The position numbers and the translations under genes are program-made. DNA of 63,580 bases, the filler included, from Intoshia linei (Eukaryota; Animalia; Orthonectida), in the NCBI GenBank assembly GCA_001642005.1. It is 6 parts of 6 records of this genome, joined end to end, with 100 filler letters (N's around TTAATTAATTAA, not from the genome) between each part and the next. Parts side by side here need not be neighbours in the genome. Positions count along the whole stretch, not along the records: positions 1 to 22,456 come from LWCA01000594.1; positions 22,557 to 32,846 come from LWCA01001282.1; 4 more parts are not named here. The stretch is one strand, 5' to 3'. The notes beneath the pieces are model-generated. The model did no database searches, was not told the DNA's origin, and saw only the letters and a list, made by a program, of their open reading frames with translations. Each line of letters begins with the position of its first letter. Within the stretch, counting starts at the first letter, position 1. Below are positions 13,629-25,907 of this stretch, piece after piece.

Positions 13629-15705
13629 TTATTCTGGAGCATCTAAATCTTTGTAACTTATCAATGTTCTCGAATGGTTTCGATCTCTACTATCATAGTT
13701 ATAACTTTGGTTATGCGATTTGTTATAATTTCCATTATTATTGTAGGGTTGCCTCCAATTAGACTGTCTACTATGATACTGTGACCTGTATCCAGAATTA
13801 TCATGCCCTCTATACTTATTATAAGAAAACGACTGATTATAATTCTTATTATTGTAATTGTTATAATTATTAGAATTTGAAAAAGATGGCGACTTTTGAT
13901 AATTGGGTATGTAGGGGCGTTTTCTGTCTTTAAGGTATTCATTGAAATAAATAACATTCTTTTCAACTTCCTTTAGTTTATCCTTGTGCTTATTATAAAT
14001 ATGTTTCCGCACAAAATCAGGTGCTTTAAATTTCTTACCTGATAAAGGGCAAAGGTATTTATCATCATCAATTTTTTTACAATTCTTTTCGACAAAAGAT
14101 AATTCTTCCTTTTCTTTGTCTTTGTATCCCAAGGATTTCATTTCTTCTAATGATAAATCACTTTGAGATTCTTTATAATTGGCCCATTTTTCTTTATTTT
14201 TTTGAATAAAATCCATGACATACGACTGATCAACCATATCATCCAAGTGTGTACCACGAACATGAATAATACCACACCTATTTGGCATTTCATGTTCATT
14301 AGCATAATCTGCAATTGTATAGTAGTCGATCGAATACACAATACGAAGATACATAATCATAATATCAACAACTTTTAAATATTCTTTATCAATTTCAACA
14401 TCAAACTGTTCACTTTTTCCAATTAAAGCTTCTTCTTCGCAATTACTATATTCAATCAAATACTTGTCTATATTCTTGAGTAGAGGGTTTTTAGAATTAA
14501 TACCATATTTATTATCATTCTCAACGACATTGTCTTCATCATTCCATAAATCAAATTTTTTGTCTAGACCTTGAATAAGATCCACGAGTTGTGTGATATC
14601 AGCAATCACTACAGATTTATGACAATGAACTTTATTAACATATCTCACTCGTTGTTGAAGAGGTTTATTAACATTTGCATCGATAGTCATATCGCTCAAT
14701 GTCTTTTTTTTAATTTCCCAACATTCATCAGTAATATTTAACGATGGTTCATAAGTAACCCAACCTCTTCGTAAATGTTTCTTTTCAAAAGTGGGATTTT
14801 GTAGTACTAGTCTTTTGAACCCAAAACGTTCTTTGAAGATATCAAGAATCTCGTCATAAGTTACATTAGAGGGTATATTTCTTAGAAAAATAGATTTTGT
14901 CAAAGACTCCATGTGTCTCATTTGCAAAGGTTCAGGAGTCTCCTTTCCATCATCGTCACTTGGTGGACACTCACCATCATTACTATCATTTTTTTCAGTT
15001 GTATCTTTACCTTCAACTGCTGATTCATCTTTACCGTTATCAACACGTACTTTAGATTGTTTAGACTCAATATCCTTGATGTAATTCAAATCTTTTCCTT
15101 CCAACAAAATGGTAGCATAATCAATAATTTTTATAATATGATCAGCTTTATCGTAACTCAAATTAAGTCCTTCAAAATATAAACTATTGAACATGTCTTT
15201 AAAAACTTTATGTCGCGATATGATGATTTTTGTTTCATTTTTTTTACGCATATCAGCAAAATCTGGATGATATTTTCTTTTAAACCAATCCTAAAGTTAA
15301 ATTAGAAATCATCAAAATAATATCATACATTATTTTTAAACAAATCAAAAAACTTTAAAATATTTGCTTCATTAAAGGTTTGCTTGTAATCCTTGTACTT
15401 TTGAACAGCTTCTTTTTCAGAAATACTATCCGGTAGAGTATTTGTAAAGTTTTTAAAACTCATCAAACTTTCAACAGATGTTCTAAAAAATGTTAACCTG
15501 AAGTGATAGTAGATTACCTGGATTTCTTAGCATGGGGTAAATCTTCATCATATGAACGATAACTTCTAAATTAAATTGTATTTTTAAAGAAATTTAAAAA
15601 CCTTTCAAAATGAGAATTATCAGGTCGACGAACCTCGTCAAATCTTTCTCTCTTGAATTTGTCTCTTGTTTTTTTCTTATCGTAGTTATCGTCAGAATCT
15701 ACCAT
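13629..15705 (-). CDS. SRRT: Serrate RNA effector / Ars2
   Basis: Starts MVDSDDNYDKKKTRDKFKRER; WFKRKYHP; RRM SIFLRNI..RRGWVTY; YLRIVYSIDYY; MPNRCGIIHVRG; C2H2 finger CPLSGKKFKAPDFVRKHIYNKH; ends ISYKDLDAPE. Confidence 0.95.
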
Positions 15706-16392
15706 CTATAATAAAATCTATTTTTATTGAATAGAAATATCTATAAAATACCTCACGCTCGCAAAGAGATGTTACATTATTTGAAAATTAATGAGTTAAA
15801 TATAATTTGTAAAATTTCAATAAAAACACGTGGTAAAGTGTTTATCAATATATAAATATAAACAAGGTAACATAAATAAGGTAACTTTTACATAAACTAC
15901 ACAATCCAACATATAATTATAATTATTAAACATAAATTTCTGTCAATTTATACAAATTATTAACATTATTGCTTACTTTTCGAAATCAATGTTGTCCAAA
16001 TAAAATAATCAAAATAAAGTCCAACAATGCTGCCAAAATGTTACTTTGGAGACTACTTTAATAATTCTATGTTTCGATGGATTTAAATATTTGAACATTA
16101 GACTTATTTTAATCACTATTGAATTTGTTCAAAACTGCACAGCGTTGATATCACTGGATATTTATCGATAAGATTCTTATCATATAACGATAAGAATATA
16201 AATAAATTCAATTTAATCGATTGGTTAAATTGTAACTATTATTTTTCTTTTTTCTGTCATGTATTATAAGCATTGAATTGGAGTGATTTAATCTTGCATA
16301 AATTGCATATTAAAATAATGACCTCAACTGCAGTGAAACAAGTCGTATTTTATTATAACTTAAGTTTAGCATCTGGGACCTAAAACCTAAGC

Positions 16393-16560
16393 CATCGTTC
16401 TCCAAATGCCGGTCAGTAACAAATTTTTAATAATTAAAAGTTAATTTATTACGTTTTTTGTCATTTTTTTTAATGTTACCTAGTAATTTAGCTTTAACGG
16501 TCCGCGATAAATTTTATAATTTATTACCGTTTCGCCATGAAAAAAACGAGGGAACCGCTG
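16393..16560. mobile_element. hAT MITE
   Basis: TIR catcgttctcc/gggaaccgctg with near-perfect 8-bp TSD acctaagc/acttaagc. Confidence 0.65.
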
Positions 16561-16824
16561 ACTTAAGCTTTAAAGTTTAAACCTATCCATGGAATCGAAT
16601 TATAATCTTAAATTTAAACCTAACCGAACCTCAGACATAGCATGCTGTTATGTAAATACGGTTTCATGTGTATTAAATGTAAAAAATGATAAAATGACTG
16701 AAATCAAACATAATCTATAATTTTTTAGAGACTAATAAATACATTTCATATGTATTTCATAATTTTGTTTAAAATGTATCCTAAACACTTATATTTTTGA
16801 AATAAACTACAGTCTAATTTGGAA

Positions 16825-18189
16825 ATGACTTTTACAGATAATGATAATTTACCAACTTATGAGGAATTGGATGTACCTGATTTATATGTCACATCAGCTC
16901 CTTTAAGAGCAGTTTCCATGCATATGGGTAAAAAGTGTGATGAACTCTCTAAAGAATATATGTTGTGTACTAAAGAAGAAAAAGATCCTCGGATTTGTTT
17001 AGAATATGGTAAAATGCTGACAGCGTGTGGCAACAATCTACTTAAAGATATTAAAAAGAATTGTGCCGCATCTTTTACTAAACATTGGAAATGTTTAGAC
17101 GATTCTGAATTTGATATGCGATTTAAAAAGTAATTTTTTAAAGAATCCCTCTTCGAAAAATGTGTCAACAATATCAATTTAGATTTTGGTTGGCTGCCTT
17201 GGTTGAGAAATTGCGATATGGATTGCTAACTAAATATAAAAAATTAACATTTACTTTACTCTATGAAAACAATTATACATACAAAAATAAAGAATATACT
17301 GTATATTATTTGATCAGAGCCGTCTTAAGCCACTTTGTGTCTGGGTTAAGTAAAGGGCCGGAGGCCCTTTAAAGTTTTGAGAGAAGCGATAAAAAAAATT
17401 TAGGGCCCCTTTTTTTAAAATTAATAAAAGAAAATCAAAGATTTCTTACTTTTTTTTTGAATATTCACATAATAGAAAGGTTTTAATGTTTAATATTATC
17501 ATTTGAAACAGTTTTTATGTCAATATTATATGATAAACATTGTAAAATATATTTTAAATTGAATATTTACCAGAACTTTGATTTTTTAAACTATTTTTTT
17601 TCCAGCTATTTGAATTCCCACAAATCAAAACTTATAAACTGTTTCTTAAGATATAAATGTGAAGTATTTTATAATAAATTGGGGCCTCTTTTTAAGATAT
17701 AAGTATTAAGTACTTTTATTAATTTGGGGGCAATTTTAATGAGTGGCCCTGGGCTACAGCCCATATGGCCCATGCCTTAAAACGGTGTTGAATTTGAATA
17801 AGACAGAGTCATCAAAACTAAATTTTTTCTGTGACCCCTGGCGTTTTCATCGAGCATGTTGATTCATATACTATATGTGCTTAATGATTGATGCCATCTG
17901 CTTACAAAATTAATTATTTTAATTACCCAAACTAATGAAACATTTTAGTTGCCGAAAATCTCAATTGGTTTATGATACATGCGTTAAAGAAAAATTGAAT
18001 TTAGACAGACCAAAACTAGGATATTTCTGTAAATTCAGAACGCACAAAACTACCAGACCCAAACCAACCATCAAAATGCCCGATTTACCTAAACCTCGAC
18101 ATTGTCCCCCCGTATTAAGCAAAATCGATAAATCAAAAATTGACTCTAGCAATCGGTATGATGGAGAAAACATTTCTACCATTTATTGA
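16825..18189 (+). CDS. NDUFA8: NADH:ubiquinone oxidoreductase subunit A8; two exons (~16825-17130, 17949-18189)
   Basis: LPTYEEL, VTSAPLRA, CX9C motifs, EKDPRICLEYG, CRKSQ..D.C, RP.LGYF. Confidence 0.93.
17315..17790. mobile_element. hAT-like MITE in NDUFA8 intron; one related end at ~11915-11964
   Basis: TIR cagagccgtcttaag / cttaaaacggtgttg; imperfect 8-bp flanks tatttgat/aatttgaa. Confidence 0.6.
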
Positions 18190-18296
18190 TAAATACAACC
18201 AAATTGATTATTAATTTAAAATAAATGATTTACATTTGTAGTTTATTTATTATGAATGCAAAAATGTACTTTTATAAGCCATAAAACATCAAAATC

Positions 18297-19442
18297 GGTC
18301 ACACTAAACAGTGAATCACAGTAAATCTTAGTGAATTTCAAAAATCCACTTTTACCAACCCTTAAGGAAAAAATTCACTTTTAACAAACCTGATGGAAAA
18401 ATCCAATTTTACCAAACCAATCTAACCTTAAGGTAAACTTCACAGTAAATCTTAGAAGATCCAAGTGAATTTCAGTGAATCCCCAAATAACCTTGCAATG
18501 AATGAATAAATAACAAAATTGATGTTTTTTTTTGATCTGGATAAAATTATAATAGTATTATAGATAATTTCAGGGTGAACAAAATGATATAACTCTTGTT
18601 GTATGAATCGCTTAACTTTTTGAAATAATCGGTAATAGCTTTGTTGCTATAGGCAAACTAATAATTTAATTATTTTTATAAGTGCCTTAATTACACTAAT
18701 CTTAATATAAATTATAAAATATAAAGAATCGTTCTATGATAATATTAACTGTAATTTACGCTACCAAGGTTAAAAATATGAAAATCTTTCTGCAAATATA
18801 GAGGTTTGATAAAAAAGGGAAATGGGGTCCTAAAAAGTACTGATTTCTAATTTTAATCTTAACGTCTTCCATAATGGATGATAATAAATTAATAAATATC
18901 TTCAATTAAATTAAATGAACTGAATGAAACAGAATCAAGAAAAATGTATAAATAATTTTGAATTTAAATATTAAATTTCATTCAGCATTATTAATTTTAA
19001 TTAGCAAAGATTAAAAATTAATATTCAGTAATGAAATTGAACAATATCAAAGGAAAAGTGTCCGTTTCACTGAACATAAAATTGAATTGCTTATTGTTGA
19101 GTCAACAAAAATCTAATTTCTTTATCAATTTTTGATTATAAATCTCTTGATAAAGATTAAATTTCATAGATTTAAAAATGGACGGTAAGATAAAACATTC
19201 ATTTTATTTTAATGCATAAAATTATAGAAATTACGTAAAATTGGTAAAATTGGATTTTTCTTTAAGGTTTGGTAAAAGTGGATTTTTGAATGATAAATAT
19301 TGAAAAAATTTAAAATTAACAAAAATTCTTCATAATGACTGATTTAGCAATTTTTTTACGGTAATTCACTGAAATTCATAATTTGTAGTGTAAATTACTG
19401 TGATTCACTAAGATTTACTATGATTCACTGTTTAGTGAGACC
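18297..19442. mobile_element. Non-autonomous TIR element (~40-bp TIR, GG termini, possibly PIF/Harbinger-like)
   Basis: ggtcacactaaacagtgaatcacagtaaatcttagtgaat is inverted at ~19403-19442, with subterminal repeats. TSD not clear. Confidence 0.65.
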
Positions 19443-19758
19443 CATAAAAAATAGTATTTAATGAGTAAATTATTTTTTGAACATTACAGTTTTAGCAAAA
19501 ATGAATCATATTTATACGATTTACTATTTTTAAATAAAAATCAGTGTCATCCGATTCAAAATTCAAACATTGACGGTAACAAAAAGACATTTTATTTAAT
19601 AAAATTTTACATCTTTTGCAAAATTAACTGTATTGGTTTCTATATTATAAATTTTAATAAAGTTTGTCGTTGATATAATTTTTTTTATCTATGATACGCG
19701 TTTAAATTTGACATTAGAATGGGTAAATTTAGCATGATATGATGAATATTTTATAGAA

Positions 19759-21260
19759 ATGTCTATCGATAATATTGAATCTTTGTGGACTGATATTGAA
19801 TCAGGTTTAAAGGATATTTTGGCCGGTAAGTCTATGACTAAACAAAGATTTTCGCAATTATACAAGTAATTAACATGTCAAATATGTATATTAATCATTA
19901 TTCTAGTAAAATTTACACATCATGTACAGATTTGGATTCTACAAAAACTGTAGTAGAAAAAAGCGAAAGTAGTGATCCTAGGGTCAAATTGTAATTATTT
20001 TGATTTACATTAATTCGAATTTTTTATTATAATTTTTATTTGAATTTGAACATAGAACTTATGAGGGGAAAATGGTTTATGATTTGATTGAACGTTATTT
20101 AACCAATTATTTGAATAATGTTTTGAATGACATGTTCACGATTGACGATGACGAAATTATTGAATACTACATTGAACAGTGGAAATCGTATTGTGAAGCT
20201 TCTAAAAATATAGACCGCGTGTTTTATTATTTGAATAGATATTATATTCCTAGGAGAATCGATGAAGGGTGCACCGATACTTTTTTCATTAGTGTTGTAA
20301 TTTATTTTTGTAAACTTATTTTTATGTTTTATTCTAGCTTACGAATCTAATTTGGTTTAATGTTGTTTTCGCCAAAATTGAAGATAAACTTATTGGTTCC
20401 ATGATTAATATTATATCTATTGATCGTAATGGAGCGGATCATAAGTACAAAAAAAACATGACACCCATTATCAGTTGCATATGTACTTTTTTTAATTTTA
20501 TTTTATCAATAATACATTATAGTTGATTTATCAAAAATTATGCCATTCTCAAAAAACTCACCGTTATATCTATATCAAACTTACTTTGAAGATCGTTATA
20601 TCGAAATTTCTAAAAACTACTACAAAAATGAGTCAGAAACACGACTTTTACGTTTAACATGTGCTGAATATGTTGCATGGGTAAACATTTCCATTATTCT
20701 AGAGTCTAGATTTACACGTATTAATATTTTGATTTAATTTTGGTCTAACCTGCAAAGTTTTGCGAAATTATAATTTTTTTAATAATTTTGATTATTTTGT
20801 TAAAAGGGACTTGGCTTGCATGTTCTGATATATACTAAATTTAGAGTTAATTCATATTTTATTTTAGTCCGATGCCATTATCAAATCTGAACGCTACCGT
20901 TGTAGGAATTATATAAGTTCCACCTCTGAAGATGTTGTATTGTTTGCCATTTGTAAAGTTCTTGTTTTAGAACATATTGATATATACAAATCTGACTTTA
21001 CACGTTTATTACACCAACAGAATTCAAACAGTAAGTATTTTTGTTTTCATTGTGAATTTTGATATTTGTATTATTCTTATCTTATTTTTATAAATTTAGT
21101 TGATGATTTATCAATTCTATATAACATTTTAACTCTTGTTCCGTCTTCAATAAAAACATTTGCAAACATTTTGGAAGATGAAATGTGTCTAGTAGGAAAT
21201 GAAAATTATGAAGATTGGTTGACGAAAACTACCGAAAAGGAACCTATCTTGCCTATTAAT
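19759..21260 (+). CDS. Cullin-1-like, N-terminal cullin repeats (3' part missing at contig end)
   Basis: IESLWTDIESGL..MTKQRFSQLY, YYIEQWKSY, IDRVFYYLNRYYI, YQTYFEDRYI..YYKNES, DDLSILYNIL; short GT-AG introns. Cullin paralog assignment is tentative. Confidence 0.8.
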
Positions 21261-21924
21261 GTAATTTTTTATCTTATATATACAACTAGCTTGACTTTTA
21301 TGTACTTCGTACAAACAGCATCCTAGCTCCGCCGAGGGCTAATATTTTTATTCTCCCAGTAAAATAAATTCAATAAGACAATTTAAATTAAAAATGCTAC
21401 TATTTATTATTATAAATCATTTAAAGGAGTGTTCCAAATTTGTTACACGTGAACCCGTGATATCACATTACCTTTTAACTTAAAGTGAATTATTCCACGT
21501 TAAATATTTGTGTATATAATGTTTTGTTAATATTTGTGTAAAGAATTAAAAATAAATTAAAAACAGTTCAATCCTAAAAATTGTCATAAATAGTATAAAT
21601 TCCAGAAAAAACAAAATTATAAAAACCTATTTTGTGATTTTCAATGTGATAATTAGGGCAAGCAAAAGTCAGAAAAGTTAAAATTTGATATGTTAAATAG
21701 TTTAACATTTCCAGCATGATGGCACCAATATTGTCAATATTAATTGGTTAATTAAAATTTTATAAAGTTAATATGGTTAGAAAAGTTAAAATTTTTTCTA
21801 AATGTTAGAATTTTTTTAAAAGTTAATAAAGTTAGATTTTGAAATTTTCAATTATTTACATGTGCATTGTTTTTAAATTTTACAAATCTGAATCTTAATC
21901 AAATTTTAATCTAATAATCAGTTA

Positions 21925-22455
21925 ATGCCTAAATTTCCAAATGAATTTAAAATGAAGGCCGGCAGTTTAATTTGTATCAAATGCAATTATGTTGTCTCAT
22001 TCGAAAAATTATATGATGCGCAGAGTCATAAGTCGTCTGTTAAACACAAATCATTAACTTTGAATGATACTACTCCAATCCGTAAATATTGTAAATTAAA
22101 AAGTTATTTTGCCATTGACATAGTGGAACTTTTTGCCTCGTTAGACCTTATACAAGTTAAACAACAAAAATTTAAAGGAATTTTTTACCAACATGGGGAA
22201 ATCGCTACCATCTGAAAACAATTGTCGTAGTAAAACCGACCAGGTATATTTGAAAGAAATTGAAAGGATAAAATCGTGTAGTAAAGATGAATTAATATTT
22301 ATGATGCTGGATGAAACCGATTTAAACGATGTTAAATATATAAATATAATTGTAGGTACTTTGAAAAACCCCCAACATTTAATGTTGTTTGACTATAAAA
22401 TAATTAATACAAACATGAATGGTCAAATTGTATCTATGATTGGATTATATAATGA
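21925..22455 (+). mobile_element. Frameshifted hAT-related (CGGBP1-like) transposase, N-terminal part
   Basis: Zn finger CIKC..H..SVKH followed by the IFMMLDETD catalytic strand. Two overlapping frames, truncated by the linker. Confidence 0.6.
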
Positions 22456-22556
22456 ANNNNNNNNNNNNNNNNNNNNNNNNNNNNNNNNNNNNNNNNNNNN
22501 TTAATTAATTAANNNNNNNNNNNNNNNNNNNNNNNNNNNNNNNNNNNNNNNNNNNN
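22456..22556. other. Artificial contig linker (N-run with TTAATTAATTAA six-frame stop)
   Basis: The same ~100-nt structure occurs five times. Confidence 0.95.
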
Positions 22557-23002
22557 ATAATCATATTTTCATAGTAATAACAAACATAAATCAAATACAG
22601 GTATGTCTCACTTTTTTTCGGGAAATCCCGGAAAATCGTAAAAGTCACGGGAATTTTGTCCCGGTTTTTTTCCCGGCACAATCACTACCTATAAACTTTG
22701 GTTAAAAAAAATTTACTAAAAACCCCCCATCCCAAAATAGTTTGGTTAAAAAAATAAAGTTTTACAAGATATTTAATGAGTACCATCGGTGGTTCTCAAA
22801 CAGTGAAAGGGTTAAAATTAGATAAGTCCGCCCTTGCCAAAGCTAGGTGTTGTTTGTACGTAGTACAAAACAGTCAAGCTAGTTACTTTACATAAATAAG
22901 TATTATAGTCAAAATTCGTACATGTAAAACTGTAAATGGCGGTTCAATGGCGATATGTGGTTTATAAGATATCCACCATCTAATGGAGGATATACTCTGA
23001 TA

Positions 23003-23533
23003 CAGTGGTTCTCAACCCGTGTTCCGCGAAATTTAATTGGGATTCTGTGAAATATAAATGCGATATTTTTCAAATTAAAGTTTTTCTAAATTACTGTTGT
23101 ATGCAATGAAATATTATTTCTCAAATTTATATCAAATAAGTTTTTAAAAGTATTATACGTTGTGAGTATGGGAACCTGAAAAATGATGTTAAAAAGTAAT
23201 AATAATTCAGATTATCTTTATGAGAAATATTGTAAAGAAGGTGGGTTTTTACTGGCCCAACTCTCTTGAAATAATTTAAATAAGTTACTTACCTCTTTAT
23301 AATGATATTTAACGAAAAAGTTATCTCTCACGGGAATGGATGCTTCTTCGTTGTGTGAGGGAGGCAACTGGTTTTATCGGCTAAATTCCGTGTGTTATTA
23401 ATTTTTTAATTAAAAATCAAATTGTCTTATATATGCGACACGAGAAAAAAAAATTTTGATCATGCTTTTAGGTGCCGCAATTTTTTAAAATTTCATAAGG
23501 GTTCCACGCAGTACAAAAGGTTGGGAAACACTG
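23003..23533. mobile_element. hAT MITE; inverted partial copy at ~48295-48780
   Basis: TIR cagtggttctcaac/gttgggaaacactg with perfect 8-bp TSD ctctgata. Confidence 0.85.
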
Positions 23534-23671
23534 CTCTGATATATTAAAGTGTACACTCTACAGTGTATCATAATATTGCATTACAATAATTGACGTTTAT
23601 TTTTAAAATTTAAGTCATTATAATGACTTTAATTATAAGTATACAAATCAATTTTAAATGATTTGTTTATT

Positions 23672-25870
23672 TTAATGAATATTACATGCATCTTCTTCGT
23701 TATCTAGAAATGGAAGTAAACCACTGATTGTATCCTTTATAATTGAGTAAACATAAGATATAATTTCTAGATCATCGTCCAATTTTATATTTTTTTTTGC
23801 CTCGAAAGCAATGAGTAAAATGGTAATATATAAATTGTAAATAATAAAAACGGTGATTAAACTGAAAACGATAATAAGTAAAGATAAACTTGTAGAAGTA
23901 ATTCCACTCTCGTCCGTACCACTACTCATTTTACCTATATTTTATAATTGTTAAAAAAACGTATATCAAATATTACCCAAAGTATGTGAAAAAAGAGTAT
24001 AGCATGCTGAAGTAAAGTCTTTAAATGCTGGGTTTCCCAATGCTACAATCATTGAATATAATAAAATTCCAAATGCACTAAAGAATAAAAGAATTATGGT
24101 CAGTACAGACACTGATTTTCCAATTACATCCAACATTGTTAAATAAAATACATTCACTTTTCTCTAAAATAAATTATTATGTATTTGTCGTCATAAACTA
24201 GAAAAGTAGTTGCCACCTGATTCAACTTCGCGACCATCTTTTCATAATAAAAAAATGATACCCAAGTAAACTTATTTTAAATAAAATTTCACACATCAAA
24301 AATGTGAAATTCTTTAAACTAAAATTGATGAAACAAGCGTACCCAAATGCCGACCATGAAAATTTTCATTTTTTATTTAAAAAAAAATTTTGCGATCCAC
24401 AAGTTGGGAAACACTCAACTGGTGTTTGAACTGAATCTTAAATTTTCAATTTAAATATAATTATGCAAGCGTAGTATAATAGCGTAAGAAAATATTTCAA
24501 TGGAGTTTGGTAAGATTTTTTTAACCTTTTCACAGTTAAAATAAATTTTGTGATTCTTACGACACGTTGACAATTCAATTTGAATTGATGCCATCTAAAA
24601 TTATCAAATATTAAAATTGACTAATTTCTAAATTTGTAAATCTGTAAATTTTTTTTTTACCGATAAAGATAAATCTGATTGATGGAGATTAATCTCTCTT
24701 TTTAAGTATTAAAGAAAGGAAAAGATTTTAGATTTAAAAAAATCACATTTAAAAAGTATAAATAAATGTTTACAACTATATTTACTGAGAATCACCGGTG
24801 GTTCTCAAACAGTGAAAGGGTTAAACAATACAAAAAATCTTACTTAAAATTCAAATAATATAATCAAAATTAAATGATCTTTCAAATATTGAAATACGGC
24901 ATATGCCTGTTCAATGACATGTTAATTGTTAACATGTTAATGACAATTTCACAGAGATAATATTAATATTATAATTTTATCTTAACATATCAAAATTTTC
25001 ATTCATAAAAAATAAAAAATTTTACTTATCCTAATAAGTAATCAAAATTTCCGATTCGGAAACACTAATATAAGTATATTATTATAATTATTAGTATAGT
25101 ATTAGTATTATCATACAAAAACTACATAAAAATACCGTATATTTGAAAAATTTCAACATTCGTATATTTATAAAAAAACATGTTATTGTAAGCAATAATA
25201 AGTGCACCTAAAAACAATTATAGTTATTAATCGCACCGTGGCCATCAGATTTGATTATTACACATAAGTCATAAATTAAATCCATGGCCGTCATACTCAT
25301 CATATGACTTTGTCACCTTGTTAATCAGTTACATTTACATTAAAATTTAAGTATAATTCAAGTTTACGTGCGTATATTGAATTCATTGCCCGATTTCCAC
25401 AGGCAAGAAAATTATGATTAATTCTCATTTTTTAAAAATTTTTAATAAAATACTTTTTCTCCTTTCTCAAAGAATTTTTGAACGACCATAAAATTTTTTT
25501 TTAAAAAGTGTTATAATTAAATATTGATACATGTAGTATTATTCAATAAGTTTATAAGGGGTCTTATTTTTATAAAAAAAAATTATAGACATACTTGTAA
25601 GAGTGATTCTTAAAAAAGGTAGATAATAAAATGTGCAGAAATTTAGATATCCAAATCTATGGACTATAAATCCATATAATAACTTTGCAAGATGATCACA
25701 ATTATCAATATGTAATATTTAGAGTGTCTACTTAAATCCACCCATTTTTACTAAAATTCAACCATTTCTACTAAAAATCAAAATTTACCAACCCTTTAAG
25801 AAAAAAACCAGTTCTTGTAAACAAGAGGTGCACAACGTGAATGTACATTAATGTAACATAAATGTTAATA

Positions 25871-25907
<37 letters not shown>

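Noticed and set aside
13661-14378. Short alternative-frame and antisense ORFs over SRRT (similarly over NDUFA8, PKD, VPS13)
   Set aside because: They are shadow ORFs of real coding sequence. Most other 60-80 aa ORFs lie in AT-rich repeats.
22501-22512. Palindromic TTAATTAATTAA as a biological site
   Set aside because: It is a synthetic linker inside the N-run.
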